NCBI GenBank assembly: GCA_040219255.1
Contig: JAVJSW010000012.1
Location: 90,484-154,483 of the forward strand
Direction: 5' to 3'
DNA from: Sumerlaeia bacterium
GTDB lineage: Bacteria > Sumerlaeota > Sumerlaeia > SLMS01 > JAHLLQ01
Length of the DNA: 64,000 nt
In this document: one piece after another, positions 49,062-58,354 of the stretch
How the letters are laid out: the number at the start of each line of letters is the position of its first letter
How positions within the stretch are numbered: position 1 is the stretch's first letter
The notes under the pieces: model-generated
The model's database searches: none
What the model saw: the letters and a program-made list of their open reading frames with translations, nothing else
Told to the model about the DNA's origin: nothing
Made by a program: the position numbers and the translations under genes

Positions 49062-49140
49062 GTGCGATAAGTGTATCTTGTCTATCTTGTCCCGTAAGCT
49101 CCACATGAGGGGACAAACGGGACGGCCTGTGCGAGTCTCC
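49062..49140 (-). repeat. Dispersed ~70-80 bp element, copy 3 (inverted)
   Basis: Reverse complement reads CACAGGCCGTCCCGTTTGTCCCCTCATGTGGAGCTTACGGGACAAGATAGACAAGATACACTTATC. Confidence 0.85.
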
Positions 49141-49325
49141 TTCCCAGACGCCGGCTTCCGACGTCCGTCAAACCCCTCGCACAGGACACCGCCCTCATGA
49201 CTTCGCCCACCCTGGCGCCTCGCGCACCGCAACTCGCTCCCTTTTTCCCTGTCCCTCCGCGTGCGAGGAAATGTTCGCCCCATTCCATCCTTGCCCTCGC
49301 CCAAACCATCCCGTACAAGGCTCCC

Positions 49326-50699
49326 ATGACCAAGCCACCGACCTCTGGCTCACCGGCGTCTTACGACTACACGCCGCCTCCCGGTGGAGGCGCGGGCGCC
49401 TCCGCGGTTTCCGCCGCCCCGCCGCCACGGCGTACGCCCGATCGGGGCAACGTGCCGCTGGGCCACAAACCGCTGAAGAAAAAATTCGTCCGCCGCCAGG
49501 CCACCGCCGGAGCCGAAACCATCCGCTGCGCCAGTTGCGGGTCGCCCATCGAACTGCGAAACGCCGCCATGAGCGAAATGGTCACCTGCCAGGCCTGCGG
49601 AGCCGTCCTCGATCTGTCCGGCCCCGAGCACAAGGTCCTGGAAAAAATCATCCTCTGCAAGCGCGAGGACCACATCCTGCCCCTCGGCGCCAAAGGCGAA
49701 CTGAAGGGCACCGTATGGGAATGCGTCGGCCGCATCACCATGGTCCAGGGCGGGTCCTGGTTCTGGGACGAGTACCTCCTCTTCTCGCCAGACAAGGGCT
49801 ACGCGTGGCTGCAGCTCGAAAAGGGCCACTGGCATTTTTTCCGCAAAGGCCGCAACAAACCGAGCCAGGACCCGCGAACGCTCAGCCCCGGCGAGTCGTT
49901 CCATCACTTCGGCGAAACCTTTAAGGTCCTGGAAAACGGCCAGGCCCGCGTTCACTACATCGAAGGCGAATTCCCCTATCAGGCCAAGAAGGGGGATCCG
50001 TCCGGCTTCATGGATGCCGTGGCGCCGCCGCTGATTCTATCCGGCGAATGGACCGACAAGGAAGTGGAGTGGCTCTCGGGCGATTACGTCCCGCGCGAAC
50101 GCATCGCCGAAGCCTTCCAACTCGACAAGCTGCCCGAACCCGAGGGCATCGGCGCGGCCCAGCCTTTCGAGGTGCCCCCAGCCCGGCGCCAGTCCGGCTG
50201 GATCGCTTTCCTCTTCGCCCTGCTCTTCATCGGACTCGGCATGGCGGCGGCCTTCTCCGGCAAGAAAAGCTACGTCTTCGTGGCCTATCCGGAACAGTAC
50301 ATGAACGCCGCGCCCGCCTACATCTCGGGCCGATTTCTCCTGGGCGGAGGCATCGGCCGGGTGGACATTTCCCCCGCGATGGCCTCCAACGCCTGGCTTT
50401 ACCTCGACATGGAACTTGTCAAGGACTCGGGTGAGAAGGTTTACGACATGGCTCGCAACCTGAAGGGCCGCAGCGACGAGCGCATCCCGTTCAAAATCCC
50501 CGAGGCCGGACCCTACCGCCTGACGCTGACGGGCCAGACGGGCGCCGGCGAGGCTTCGCCCCTGACGATCACGGTCCGCGAAGGCTTGATCCTCAAGCGC
50601 TGGTTCTTGCTCATCGGCATTCCCCTGTTTCTTCTCAGCGGCTGGGACTTGGCCACGGCCCGCAAACGCTTCGAGGCCCAGCGCGAGGACGACGAATGA
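49326..50699 (+). CDS. DUF4178 domain protein with N-terminal zinc ribbon and two TM helices
   Basis: CASCG...CQACG, LPLGAKG, WDEYLL, WLQLEKGHW, YIEGEFPY. Start approximate. Confidence 0.8.
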   Translation: MTKPPTSGSPASYDYTPPPGGGAGASAVSAAPPPRRTPDRGNVPLGHKPLKKKFVRRQATAGAETIRCASCGSPIELRNAAMSEMVTCQACGAVLDLSGPEHKVLEKIILCKREDHILPLGAKGELKGTVWECVGRITMVQGGSWFWDEYLLFSPDKGYAWLQLEKGHWHFFRKGRNKPSQDPRTLSPGESFHHFGETFKVLENGQARVHYIEGEFPYQAKKGDPSGFMDAVAPPLILSGEWTDKEVEWLSGDYVPRERIAEAFQLDKLPEPEGIGAAQPFEVPPARRQSGWIAFLFALLFIGLGMAAAFSGKKSYVFVAYPEQYMNAAPAYISGRFLLGGGIGRVDISPAMASNAWLYLDMELVKDSGEKVYDMARNLKGRSDERIPFKIPEAGPYRLTLTGQTGAGEASPLTITVREGLILKRWFLLIGIPLFLLSGWDLATARKRFEAQREDDE

Positions 50700-50724
50700 G
50701 CTTCCCACGGAAAGGCACCGCATC

Positions 50725-50955
50725 ATGAGCAAAATCGCATTCGCCGTCCTTGGCCTGATGGCGGGCGGGCTGGCCTTCACCAGTTACGCCAGCCTCAATG
50801 GCATCGGGGTCGGTGCGCCCAGCCCGGAAATCAAGAAGTCGCCCCTGAGTTCCACCCGCTCCTCGGACGACGACAACTTCTTCTTCTTCAGCAGCAGCGT
50901 CCGCAGCGGCAGCAGCCGGTCCGGCGGAGGCTTCTCCAGCTTTGGAGGAAAATAA
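50725..50955 (+). CDS. Small membrane or secreted protein with a Ser/Gly-rich tail
   Basis: AAAGG RBS, N-terminal hydrophobic helix, SVRSGSSRSGGGFSSFGGK tail; operonic position. Confidence 0.7.
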   Translation: MSKIAFAVLGLMAGGLAFTSYASLNGIGVGAPSPEIKKSPLSSTRSSDDDNFFFFSSSVRSGSSRSGGGFSSFGGK

Positions 50956-51017
50956 CCGGGCCCCCGGCGGGCCCCTATGACGCAGTCTCAACCTTTCGCG
51001 AAAACGGAGTTTTCTTC

Positions 51018-51284
51018 ATGTCCATCGTTCATCTTCTCGCTCAAACCACCGAAGGCGCCGAGCCCGGCTACTACGGGCTCGGCATCAACGCCATCATCTC
51101 CACCGTGCTGTACAGCCTGCTGGGACTCGTCCTGTTCCTGCTGGCGTACTTCATCATTGAAAAAATCGTGCCCTATCCGGTGCGCAAGGAAATCGAAGAG
51201 GACCAGAACATCGCCCTGGGCGTGATCATCGGGTCGATGGTCATCGGCTTGGCGATCATCATCGCGGCGGCGATTTCGGGCTAG
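51018..51284 (+). CDS. DUF350 (YjfL-like) small membrane protein
   Basis: VLYSLLG..LF...Y.IIEKI.P..VRKEIEEDQNIALGV....IGLAIIIAAAI; GGAG RBS. Confidence 0.88.
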   Translation: MSIVHLLAQTTEGAEPGYYGLGINAIISTVLYSLLGLVLFLLAYFIIEKIVPYPVRKEIEEDQNIALGVIIGSMVIGLAIIIAAAISG

Positions 51285-51470
51285 ACAGTGTGACTGCCGC
51301 CTGCTCCCATCGCGGATAGGCTGCTCAAAGGCTTAAGTGGCCCGTCCGGACCGGCTTGGATTTCCCATTGTCGGGATGGCACCTTTCCATGAGTAATGCA
51401 TCGCGCCACCGGTGAGCACTCCGGAATTGCAACGCGATACCGATTTGGAGCGAGTTCAGTGACGACGGAA

Positions 51471-52478
51471 ATGAACAAGCACGACAAAATTTTTGTCGCC
51501 GGGATGCGCGGTCTCGTCGGCAGCGCCATGGCGCGCCGGCTCTCCGCCCGCGGCTACGACAACATCGTGGGTCCCGGCTCGCGCGAACTCGACCTGCGCG
51601 ATCCCATCGCCGTCGCCGAGTTCTTCGAGCAGGAGCGCCCCGCCTACGTCGTCCTCGCCGCCGCCAAGGTGGGCGGCATCTACGCCAACAACACCTACCC
51701 GGCCGAGTTCATCTTCGACAACCTCACCGTCCAGAACAACGTCATCCACACCGCCTACCGCTTTGGCGTGAAGAAGCTGCTGTTCCTCGGTTCGTCCTGC
51801 ATTTTCCCCAAGCTCGCGCCCCAGCCCCTCAAGGAAGAATACCTCCTGAGCGGCCCCCTCGAGCCCACCAACGAGCCCTACGCCGTCGCCAAAATCGCCG
51901 GCATCAAGATGTGCCAGGCCTATAACCGTCAGTACGGCACCAACTTCATTAGCGTCATGCCCACCAACCTCTACGGGCCCAACGACAACTACAACCCGAT
52001 GAACAGCCACGTGCTGCCGGGCCTGATCCGCCGCTTCCACGAAGCCAAGGTCAACGGCGCCCACGAAGTCGTCGTCTGGGGAACGGGCAAGCCCCTGCGC
52101 GAGTTCATGTACAGCGACGACCTCGCCGACGCGTGCATCTACCTGCTCCAGCACTACAGCGGCAGCGACATCGTCAACATCGGCTCGGGCCAGGAAGTCT
52201 CCATCGCCCGCCTCGCCGAAATCGTCAAGGACGCCGTCGGTTTCCCCGGCCGCCTCACCTTCGATCCCACCAAGCCCGACGGCACACCCCGCAAACTCCT
52301 CGACCTCACCAAGCTCCACGGCCTCGGCTACACCAAAGAGCCGACGCCCCTGACCGACGGTATCTCCCAGGCCTACCGCGATTTCCTCACCACCGGCGGC
52401 CGCACCGGCCAGATCGAAGCCGAGGACAAAGAAGCGGTCGGCAGCGCCAGTTCGGATAATGGGGCGAAGCTGGGGTAA
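51471..52478 (+). CDS. fcl: GDP-L-fucose synthase
   Basis: [76 protein letters not shown]. Confidence 0.96.
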   Translation: MNKHDKIFVAGMRGLVGSAMARRLSARGYDNIVGPGSRELDLRDPIAVAEFFEQERPAYVVLAAAKVGGIYANNTYPAEFIFDNLTVQNNVIHTAYRFGVKKLLFLGSSCIFPKLAPQPLKEEYLLSGPLEPTNEPYAVAKIAGIKMCQAYNRQYGTNFISVMPTNLYGPNDNYNPMNSHVLPGLIRRFHEAKVNGAHEVVVWGTGKPLREFMYSDDLADACIYLLQHYSGSDIVNIGSGQEVSIARLAEIVKDAVGFPGRLTFDPTKPDGTPRKLLDLTKLHGLGYTKEPTPLTDGISQAYRDFLTTGGRTGQIEAEDKEAVGSASSDNGAKLG

Positions 52479-52489
52479 GGGATTCCAAT

Positions 52490-52519
52490 TTCACCACGGA
52501 GACGCAGAGACACGGAGAG
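52490..52519. repeat. Arm of the 9-nt-periodic CACRGAG repeat family
   Basis: TTCACCACGGAGACGCAGAGACACGGAGAG. Confidence 0.7.
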
Positions 52520-52528
52520 GCGCGCGCG

Positions 52529-52815
52529 ATGCCTCCTGACAGCTGCCGTTTCCTGAATACCGATCTCAACGTCACGTCTCGGTACAGCTTGGACAACTTG
52601 GTTCGTGCACTCGAAGAGCGAGAGTATCTCGCACTTCAATACGCGAAGACGGCGCCCCGTGAGTGGTTTCTCGTGGCCGAACGCCTTCCTCTCAAGTCAT
52701 TGGAACGCAGCATTCTGCATCTCTGTGAGACTCTGCGCCGCCTGGAAATGGAGGCGATGCACGAACTGAGAAAAAGTCATCGGGTGGAATTGAGCGTTGG
52801 ATTCGAGCGGATTAA
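52529..52815 (+). pseudogene. Lower-GC truncated hypothetical gene directly behind a repeat arm
   Basis: The repeat supplies a GGAGAGG RBS. MPPDSCRFLNTDLNVTSRYSLDNLVRALE... is protein-like until it runs antisense into the 52812..53579 gene. Confidence 0.4.
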
Positions 52816-53579
52816 CTCTTCCGCCCGAACATCCCCTTCAGTTTCCCCATCAGTCCGCCACCGCCTTCGCCGCCACCGCTGCCCGCGCCGCCGGGATAGG
52901 GGCCGAGTTGGCCGAGTTTTGCGAATTCGGGACCGTGGATTTCCCGAGCCCGTTCAAGGTAGCGGTCCGCCGAATCGGGCGGCAGGCCCGTCATCAACGC
53001 GGTCGCCCGGTCGGACCCGGCGAGGGAGCGATAGGCCTTGGCTTTTTCGAATCGTTTCTTGTCTTCCGGCGCGCACAGGGGCACGAAGGGAGCGAATCCC
53101 TCGGCAGGCTTGAGGAGCGTGCCGATGTGCTGGAACTGGCCGTTGCTGGTTTGGTTGACCATGTTTTCCATCAGGGCGGGCAGGGTGGTGATGGACTCCC
53201 GTTGCTCTCCGCTCTGAAAGGCCCAGTTGGCGTCGAGGCGCAGGAAGCCTTTGCGGCCGCGGGCGATGATGCGGCGGCGCAGGAGTTCGAGGCTGGCGTA
53301 CCAGACCCAGAGGTGGGGCGTTTCGCTGAGGCCCTCGATGGCGTGGGCGAGGCGGCCTTCGGCGACCTCGAGGGGCGTTTCGAAGCGGTTGCGGTCGGCG
53401 GAGGTGCCGCCCCGTTCCTCCACCTTTTCATCGAGTTCCCAGACGTTGCGCCCGCCGAAGCAAAGGAACCAGCTGAGGGGAATGCCGTCCTCGCAGAAAA
53501 ACAGAACTTCGGCGTCCGCGTCCGGCGCCTCGTTGCCAAATCGGTTGGTGCTATGGAGCAAACGGGCCTCGCGGCTCAT
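52812..53579 (-). CDS. Hypothetical protein
   Basis: GGAGG RBS, host codon bias, Gly-rich linker and GKLKGMFGRKS tail. Confidence 0.7.
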   Translation of the reverse strand: MSREARLLHSTNRFGNEAPDADAEVLFFCEDGIPLSWFLCFGGRNVWELDEKVEERGGTSADRNRFETPLEVAEGRLAHAIEGLSETPHLWVWYASLELLRRRIIARGRKGFLRLDANWAFQSGEQRESITTLPALMENMVNQTSNGQFQHIGTLLKPAEGFAPFVPLCAPEDKKRFEKAKAYRSLAGSDRATALMTGLPPDSADRYLERAREIHGPEFAKLGQLGPYPGGAGSGGGEGGGGLMGKLKGMFGRKS

Positions 53580-53707
53580 GTTGGGCGATTGCCTCCGGGG
53601 TCGGGAAAAATCAACTCTCGCGACGCATCAAAGAGCCGCCCGGCAGGCGCGTCAACCAAAGGCAAAAGCCCCCGCAAGCCCCCGCCTTCCTTCCCGCCAA
53701 GAGCCCT

Positions 53708-54121
53708 TTACCGAACGATTCGCGGCAGGTCGAACAACGCCACGTACATCGAGAAAATCATCAGCAGAAACAACACGATGAGCACCGCGTAGGCTCCTAT
53801 GGTCAGCAGCCAGCGATCCCTTCGCCGCCGCAGAAAGGCGACCGCCACGCCACCCGCCACAAAAAGCAGAGGCAACACGATGGACAGAACCGGTTGGGTC
53901 AGGAGCGTGAACCACACGAAACGGGAGAAGGCCGGCAGTTCCGCCTCCGCCTGCTTGAAGATCTCGACGTAATGGGGAACGAACTTCGCCCGGGCGATCG
54001 CCATGGCGGCCGCTATCAAGACGCCGCAAAACCCAAAGACCACCCCATGGGCCACGGCGGAGCGGGGCTTTCGCTCGCCGCCATGATGCAGCGCGGCAGG
54101 AACCGGGGGTGTCTCGGCCAT
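53708..54121 (-). CDS. Small 3-TM membrane protein resembling a GspF/PilC TM-loop segment
   Basis: FVPHYVEIFKQAEAELPAFSRFV resembles the 'VP.F..IF....ELP..T' segment of T2SS F proteins. Confidence 0.5.
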   Translation of the reverse strand: MAETPPVPAALHHGGERKPRSAVAHGVVFGFCGVLIAAAMAIARAKFVPHYVEIFKQAEAELPAFSRFVWFTLLTQPVLSIVLPLLFVAGGVAVAFLRRRRDRWLLTIGAYAVLIVLFLLMIFSMYVALFDLPRIVR

Positions 54122-54125
54122 GGCT

Positions 54126-54872
54126 CTACAGGCGGCTCAGCGCCGTCAGCCCCTTTTCGCTCCCGGTGCCGGTGTGGAAATTGGCGAAGGTGAAGCCGTA
54201 CTTCTCGCGCGCGCGCAGCACCGGGTTCAGAACGCTCGGCACGGACGCATCGTGGATCAGGCAAACCCAGTGATATTGCAGGGTCGAGAGCATCTGGAGA
54301 TCCATCTCCATGCCCTCCTCGGAATGATCGCCGTCCATGAAGATCACCGTCGGGCGCAGGCCCCAGAACATCGGGTGCAGGGCGTGGCTGTCGCCCAGAA
54401 TAGGGACGACTCGCTGCAGGGCTTTCTGGCCGCGGAACTGTTTCAGGGCCTTCAGGTAGGCTTCGCCCGGGTATTCATCGTCGCCCAGGGTGCCCTTGTA
54501 GCCCTCCTGGAACAACTCCACCGTATAGATCAGGTCGCTGCGTTTCAGCGTGTTCATGGCCTCCGTCATCAGGCAGGTGGTCACGCCGCGATAGGTGCCG
54601 ATTTCCAGCACCGGCCCGGGAAAGCGCTGGATCGCCATAGCGAGGATGAACATCTCGCGGGGGTCGATCATCTTGGTGACGGCGGCGTATTTCTTGACCA
54701 GATCTTTCCAGCGCGTCAGGTCGTCGATGGTGCGTTCCTGCAGGCCCTCGGACACCACGGCGGGTTCTTTCGAGGGCCAGGACCCTTGCGCGTTGAACTC
54801 GCCCTGCATGTAGCCCTGCAGGACCTCGAAGCAGTAGGTGGTGTGGCGGACAAAGGGATCGCCTATGTTCAT
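54126..54872 (-). CDS. Class I SAM-dependent methyltransferase (Methyltransf_24-like)
   Basis: VLEIGTYRGVTT, LGDS, IFMDGDHS, IHD. Confidence 0.82.
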   Translation of the reverse strand: MNIGDPFVRHTTYCFEVLQGYMQGEFNAQGSWPSKEPAVVSEGLQERTIDDLTRWKDLVKKYAAVTKMIDPREMFILAMAIQRFPGPVLEIGTYRGVTTCLMTEAMNTLKRSDLIYTVELFQEGYKGTLGDDEYPGEAYLKALKQFRGQKALQRVVPILGDSHALHPMFWGLRPTVIFMDGDHSEEGMEMDLQMLSTLQYHWVCLIHDASVPSVLNPVLRAREKYGFTFANFHTGTGSEKGLTALSRL

Positions 54873-55020
54873 GATCGTCGTGGCCCCTGGCCTTTCGGTG
54901 TCTTGCGTCCCCCCTAATTCGGACCCTGGGGGCGCGATTCCGACAGTTGCAAGGGAGAATAGCGCAGACCGGTGCTTTTTGGCAACTCTGAGTTTGCCCG
55001 CGCGTTAGCCCTTCGTCTGG

Positions 55021-55249
55021 TTAACCACAGAGGGCACTGAGGATGGAGTTTTCACAGAGGGAGAAAACATGCGAAGGCTGCGAATGAAGAGTAAGCCGAA
55101 GGAGGTCAGTGATTCAGAAGTTTTCTCGATGGCCCAACAGACTCGACCGCCATTCTCCAATCCCTTGAATAAACTGTGGTGCAACTCGCATGAGGAATCC
55201 AACCCTAATAAATTCAATTTTCTCTGTGCCCTCTGTGACTCTGTGGTGA
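55021..55249. repeat. Inverted CACAGAG arms enclosing AT-richer cargo
   Basis: TTAACCACAGAGGGCACTGAG ... CTCTGTGCCCTCTGTGACTCTGTGGTGA. Confidence 0.75.
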
Positions 55250-55267
55250 TTTCCTTCAGAGGGAAAC

Positions 55268-56035
55268 TCAACTCTTCCGCCGGCAGAGGGCGATGAATCG
55301 CCCGCTTTCCTCGGTCCAGGGCTCGCGGCCGTAGCCGCCCCACTCCTCCACCACCGCCAGGCCACGCACAGTCAATGCCGGGCGCAGGTCATCGGGCCGG
55401 AAGAGCCGCACCGACTCGTGGATTTCCCGTCCCGGCGAGCCATCGGCGGTTGTGATCCACTCGCGCTTTTCCACACGCCGCCCGGGCGGATCGGTCAGGC
55501 GCTTTTCGGACCGGATGCGAGTGCCGTCCTCCAGCGTCGTCTCGCTCTCTTGAATCAACCGGGCCCCGAAGGATGCCTCGACGCCGTGGGCGTTCAGGAA
55601 ATCGAGCAGGTACCAGCCGCCGGGGCGCAGCACCCGGGCCACTTCCTCGAAGACGAGGTAGTTTTCGGAGTCCCGCTCGAAGTAGCCGAAGGCCGTAAAG
55701 AAATGCGCCACCGCCGCGAAAGACCCCGGCGCGAAAGGCAACACCCGCATATCGCCCCGGATCAGACGGGGACAGTTTTCACCCTGGCATCGCAGGGACT
55801 CGCGAGCGCTGGCCAGGAGGTCCTGGGACAAATCGAAGCCGGTGACGCGCAGGCGGCTCTTCCACAGCGCGTAAGAATGACGCCCCGCCCCACAGCAAAG
55901 GTCCATCACGTCGTCGCCCGGCCGCAGGTCCGTCGCCGCAAGCAGCGACTCCACCGCCTGGCGGGCTTCATCGGCGCTGCGGTGGGCATAGCGATCCATG
56001 TAATCGGCGGTGAAGGCATTCTTGTACCAGGCCAT
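55268..56035 (-). CDS. Class I SAM-dependent methyltransferase
   Basis: WY..AF..DY...YAHR, MDLCCGAGRH, GFDLS, GDMR, FTAFGYF, LRPGG..LLDFLN. Confidence 0.9.
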   Translation of the reverse strand: MAWYKNAFTADYMDRYAHRSADEARQAVESLLAATDLRPGDDVMDLCCGAGRHSYALWKSRLRVTGFDLSQDLLASARESLRCQGENCPRLIRGDMRVLPFAPGSFAAVAHFFTAFGYFERDSENYLVFEEVARVLRPGGWYLLDFLNAHGVEASFGARLIQESETTLEDGTRIRSEKRLTDPPGRRVEKREWITTADGSPGREIHESVRLFRPDDLRPALTVRGLAVVEEWGGYGREPWTEESGRFIALCRRKS

Positions 56036-56264
56036 GGCGGTGTCGGGGGTCCTTTGGGCGGGGGCGGCGGGAGGCCAAAGCAAACGCCCGCCGATCACGG
56101 ACTGGAGAGTCCGTGCCACATTGTCAGGGGGCGGAAGAGCCCGGGCCGCTCTGCTAAGCGTCCCCGGTGCCAAGCGACGCCAGATGACTCCGGTCACCAC
56201 GCCCGAATGTAACACAGGCACTCTTGCCTGTGCCAAGGCTACAGAGTCCGTGCCATACAGCAGC

Positions 56265-57824
56265 CTACGGCAACCGCTGCCCCGCCAGCCAGTCCTTGCG
56301 CCGCGTGTGGGCGGCGAAGGCGTTGCGCAGGCGTTGCGAAGCGTCATCGTCGCCCATGACAGCCCCGTCCGCGCCGTGCAGCGTCTCGCCATCGCCCGCG
56401 AACCAGGGCGTGTTTAGCGCGTCGCAGGCGGTGTGCTCGATGGGCTGCAGGAACTTGGCGCCGGCGAAGCGCACGTTGGGGAAGATGACGGTGCTGACGC
56501 GCTCGCGCAGGTCTTCGGGCAGTTCGCGGAAATGCAGCGGGCGCGCGGGTTCGTGCAGCCGATGGTAGGGCCCGGCGGCGTGGGGAAAGACCATGTCGAA
56601 CTCGTAAAGCCCAAACCGCCACGGCGCGAACGGGCCGTAGCGGTAGTCTTCCCAGCGTTTGCTCCAGCCGCGGAACCACAGGCTGGCGAACCAGCCCCAC
56701 ATGTCCTGGCCCTCGTTCTGGATCATGCGCGAGTCTTCGAGGAAAACCAGCCAGCGCGAGTCGCCGAGCGGATAGACCCACGGGTCCGGACCCAGCCGCG
56801 CCGCCATCTGGCGCTCGGGGACGATGCCGAGGAGGCCGTTGGGGATGTAGGTGTTGGCCTGCAGCGTATCCCCGGGCCGCTGCAAAATGTCGTGACATCC
56901 AAATTCCACGACCGCCCGCTCGCCCGAGCCAGCGAAGTGCCGGAACCACTCGGGCCAGATGCGGCGCGCATCCTCCGGAAGGCCCTTGGGAACGGCGCCC
57001 CAGCCCGACGTCTGGAAAAATCCGACGTGGCCTTCGGCGTCGATGGCGAGCCATTCGCGGGGCACTGTCGGCAGGCGAAAGAGTTCCCGGGGCGGATAGG
57101 ACCCAGCGCTGAGTTCGCCGGCGGCTGGCCCCCGATGCTGGAAGGCCTGGCGATAGAGCTGGCGGGCCTCCGATTCGGCCATGTCGTCCCAGTCGATGCC
57201 GCCCTCGCCGACGCCTTCCATGGGTGGATAGGTGGTCATGCCGTCTTCGTCGAGCCAGGGCTGGGCGTACCAGGTAACGCAGCGTTCCTTGCGGGTGAGG
57301 GGCTGGATCAGGGTGCGCTCGGAGAAGCGTACGCCTTCGAGCCGAGCGCCGGGCCGCGAGAGGAGAGCGCGGGCCGGCTCGGGAGCGTCCGCCAGCCTGA
57401 GCGGGCGCTCGGGCAATCGCTCCTCCCGCGCATAAATCCCCACGCCCATGCCGCCATAGCCGTAGTGGTAGAGGCCGAGTTCCTGGGGTTCGCGGTATTC
57501 GAAATCGCCGTAGGGGCTGTGGACCGGCTCGAGTCCGAGGAATCTCTTCATCGTTCCCATCAAACCGCCGTGCCGGGAGGGAGCCGGCGGCGGTGGCGTC
57601 GGCCCGGAGGGCGGGGGCGTCAGCATATGCACGATATCGCCGTCGGCCTCCGTGTTGGGGGCGTCCTCCGGCGCAAAACCGTCCTCGCCGGTGTCGAAGA
57701 CGGCGATGAACCCGTCGTCGTCCACGGCGAACCATTCGGTGTCCATGCTGTGGGCGGCGGGGTAATCGGGAAATTGGGGAACCGAAGCTGGCGCGTCGGC
57801 CGGGGCGGGGGCGGAATCGGCCAT
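56265..57824 (-). CDS. Hypothetical protein with a tandemly duplicated domain
   Basis: EWFAVDDDGFIAVFDTG..G.AP versus EWLAIDAEGHVGFFQTSG.GAVP; GLY..Y.R..P.RPL...P...VRF....IQP appears twice. Confidence 0.75.
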   Translation of the reverse strand: MADSAPAPADAPASVPQFPDYPAAHSMDTEWFAVDDDGFIAVFDTGEDGFAPEDAPNTEADGDIVHMLTPPPSGPTPPPPAPSRHGGLMGTMKRFLGLEPVHSPYGDFEYREPQELGLYHYGYGGMGVGIYAREERLPERPLRLADAPEPARALLSRPGARLEGVRFSERTLIQPLTRKERCVTWYAQPWLDEDGMTTYPPMEGVGEGGIDWDDMAESEARQLYRQAFQHRGPAAGELSAGSYPPRELFRLPTVPREWLAIDAEGHVGFFQTSGWGAVPKGLPEDARRIWPEWFRHFAGSGERAVVEFGCHDILQRPGDTLQANTYIPNGLLGIVPERQMAARLGPDPWVYPLGDSRWLVFLEDSRMIQNEGQDMWGWFASLWFRGWSKRWEDYRYGPFAPWRFGLYEFDMVFPHAAGPYHRLHEPARPLHFRELPEDLRERVSTVIFPNVRFAGAKFLQPIEHTACDALNTPWFAGDGETLHGADGAVMGDDDASQRLRNAFAAHTRRKDWLAGQRLP

Positions 57825-57928
57825 GGCGATCGAGGCATCCGTCTCTGATTTCGTATCGAAGCAATCCGTATCGCGCGTTGGAAAACTTCCGCAAGCCTTC
57901 TTCGCCCCTCCCTGGTCCTTCAAAAAAA

Positions 57929-58233
57929 TTCACCACGGAGACACGGAGGCACGGAGACGCTTGGCGCGAGGTAGGTTACGTAGTACCAGAGTGGAAATCG
58001 GTTTCTTGTCCGGGTGGCTCGGGGGCAGCCAAATTCTTTCTCGCAAAGAGGCAAAAAGGTTCTGCGAGCGACCAAGAAGTACCCCATTCTTTCGATGTGT
58101 AGCGACAAAGCGTGCGGGCATGGCAACATGTGCCAAAGCAGGAATTGTTGAATTTATTGAATCTAGAAGAGAATCCTCTGGCCTCTTTAATTTCCTCTTT
58201 GTGAAAACACGGTCCTCTGCGGACTCCGTGGTT
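57929..58233. repeat. Inverted CACGGAG arms enclosing AT-richer cargo
   Basis: TTCACCACGGAGACACGGAGGCACGGAG ... CTCTGCGGACTCCGTGGTT. Confidence 0.7.
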
Positions 58234-58354
58234 GAAGGATTGGAGTTCGCTCTTCCGGGCGCCCCATTCCCCTTGAACCGCCAGCCGGGGGCCGGTTTCT
58301 TCGTCGTCCGCGCGATGCGCGCGCCCATCATACGACGCCACGAAAGAACCAGCC

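Noticed and set aside
4572-49140. Dispersed repeats as a CRISPR array
   Set aside because: Copies are kilobases apart with no repeat-spacer periodicity, and there are no cas genes.
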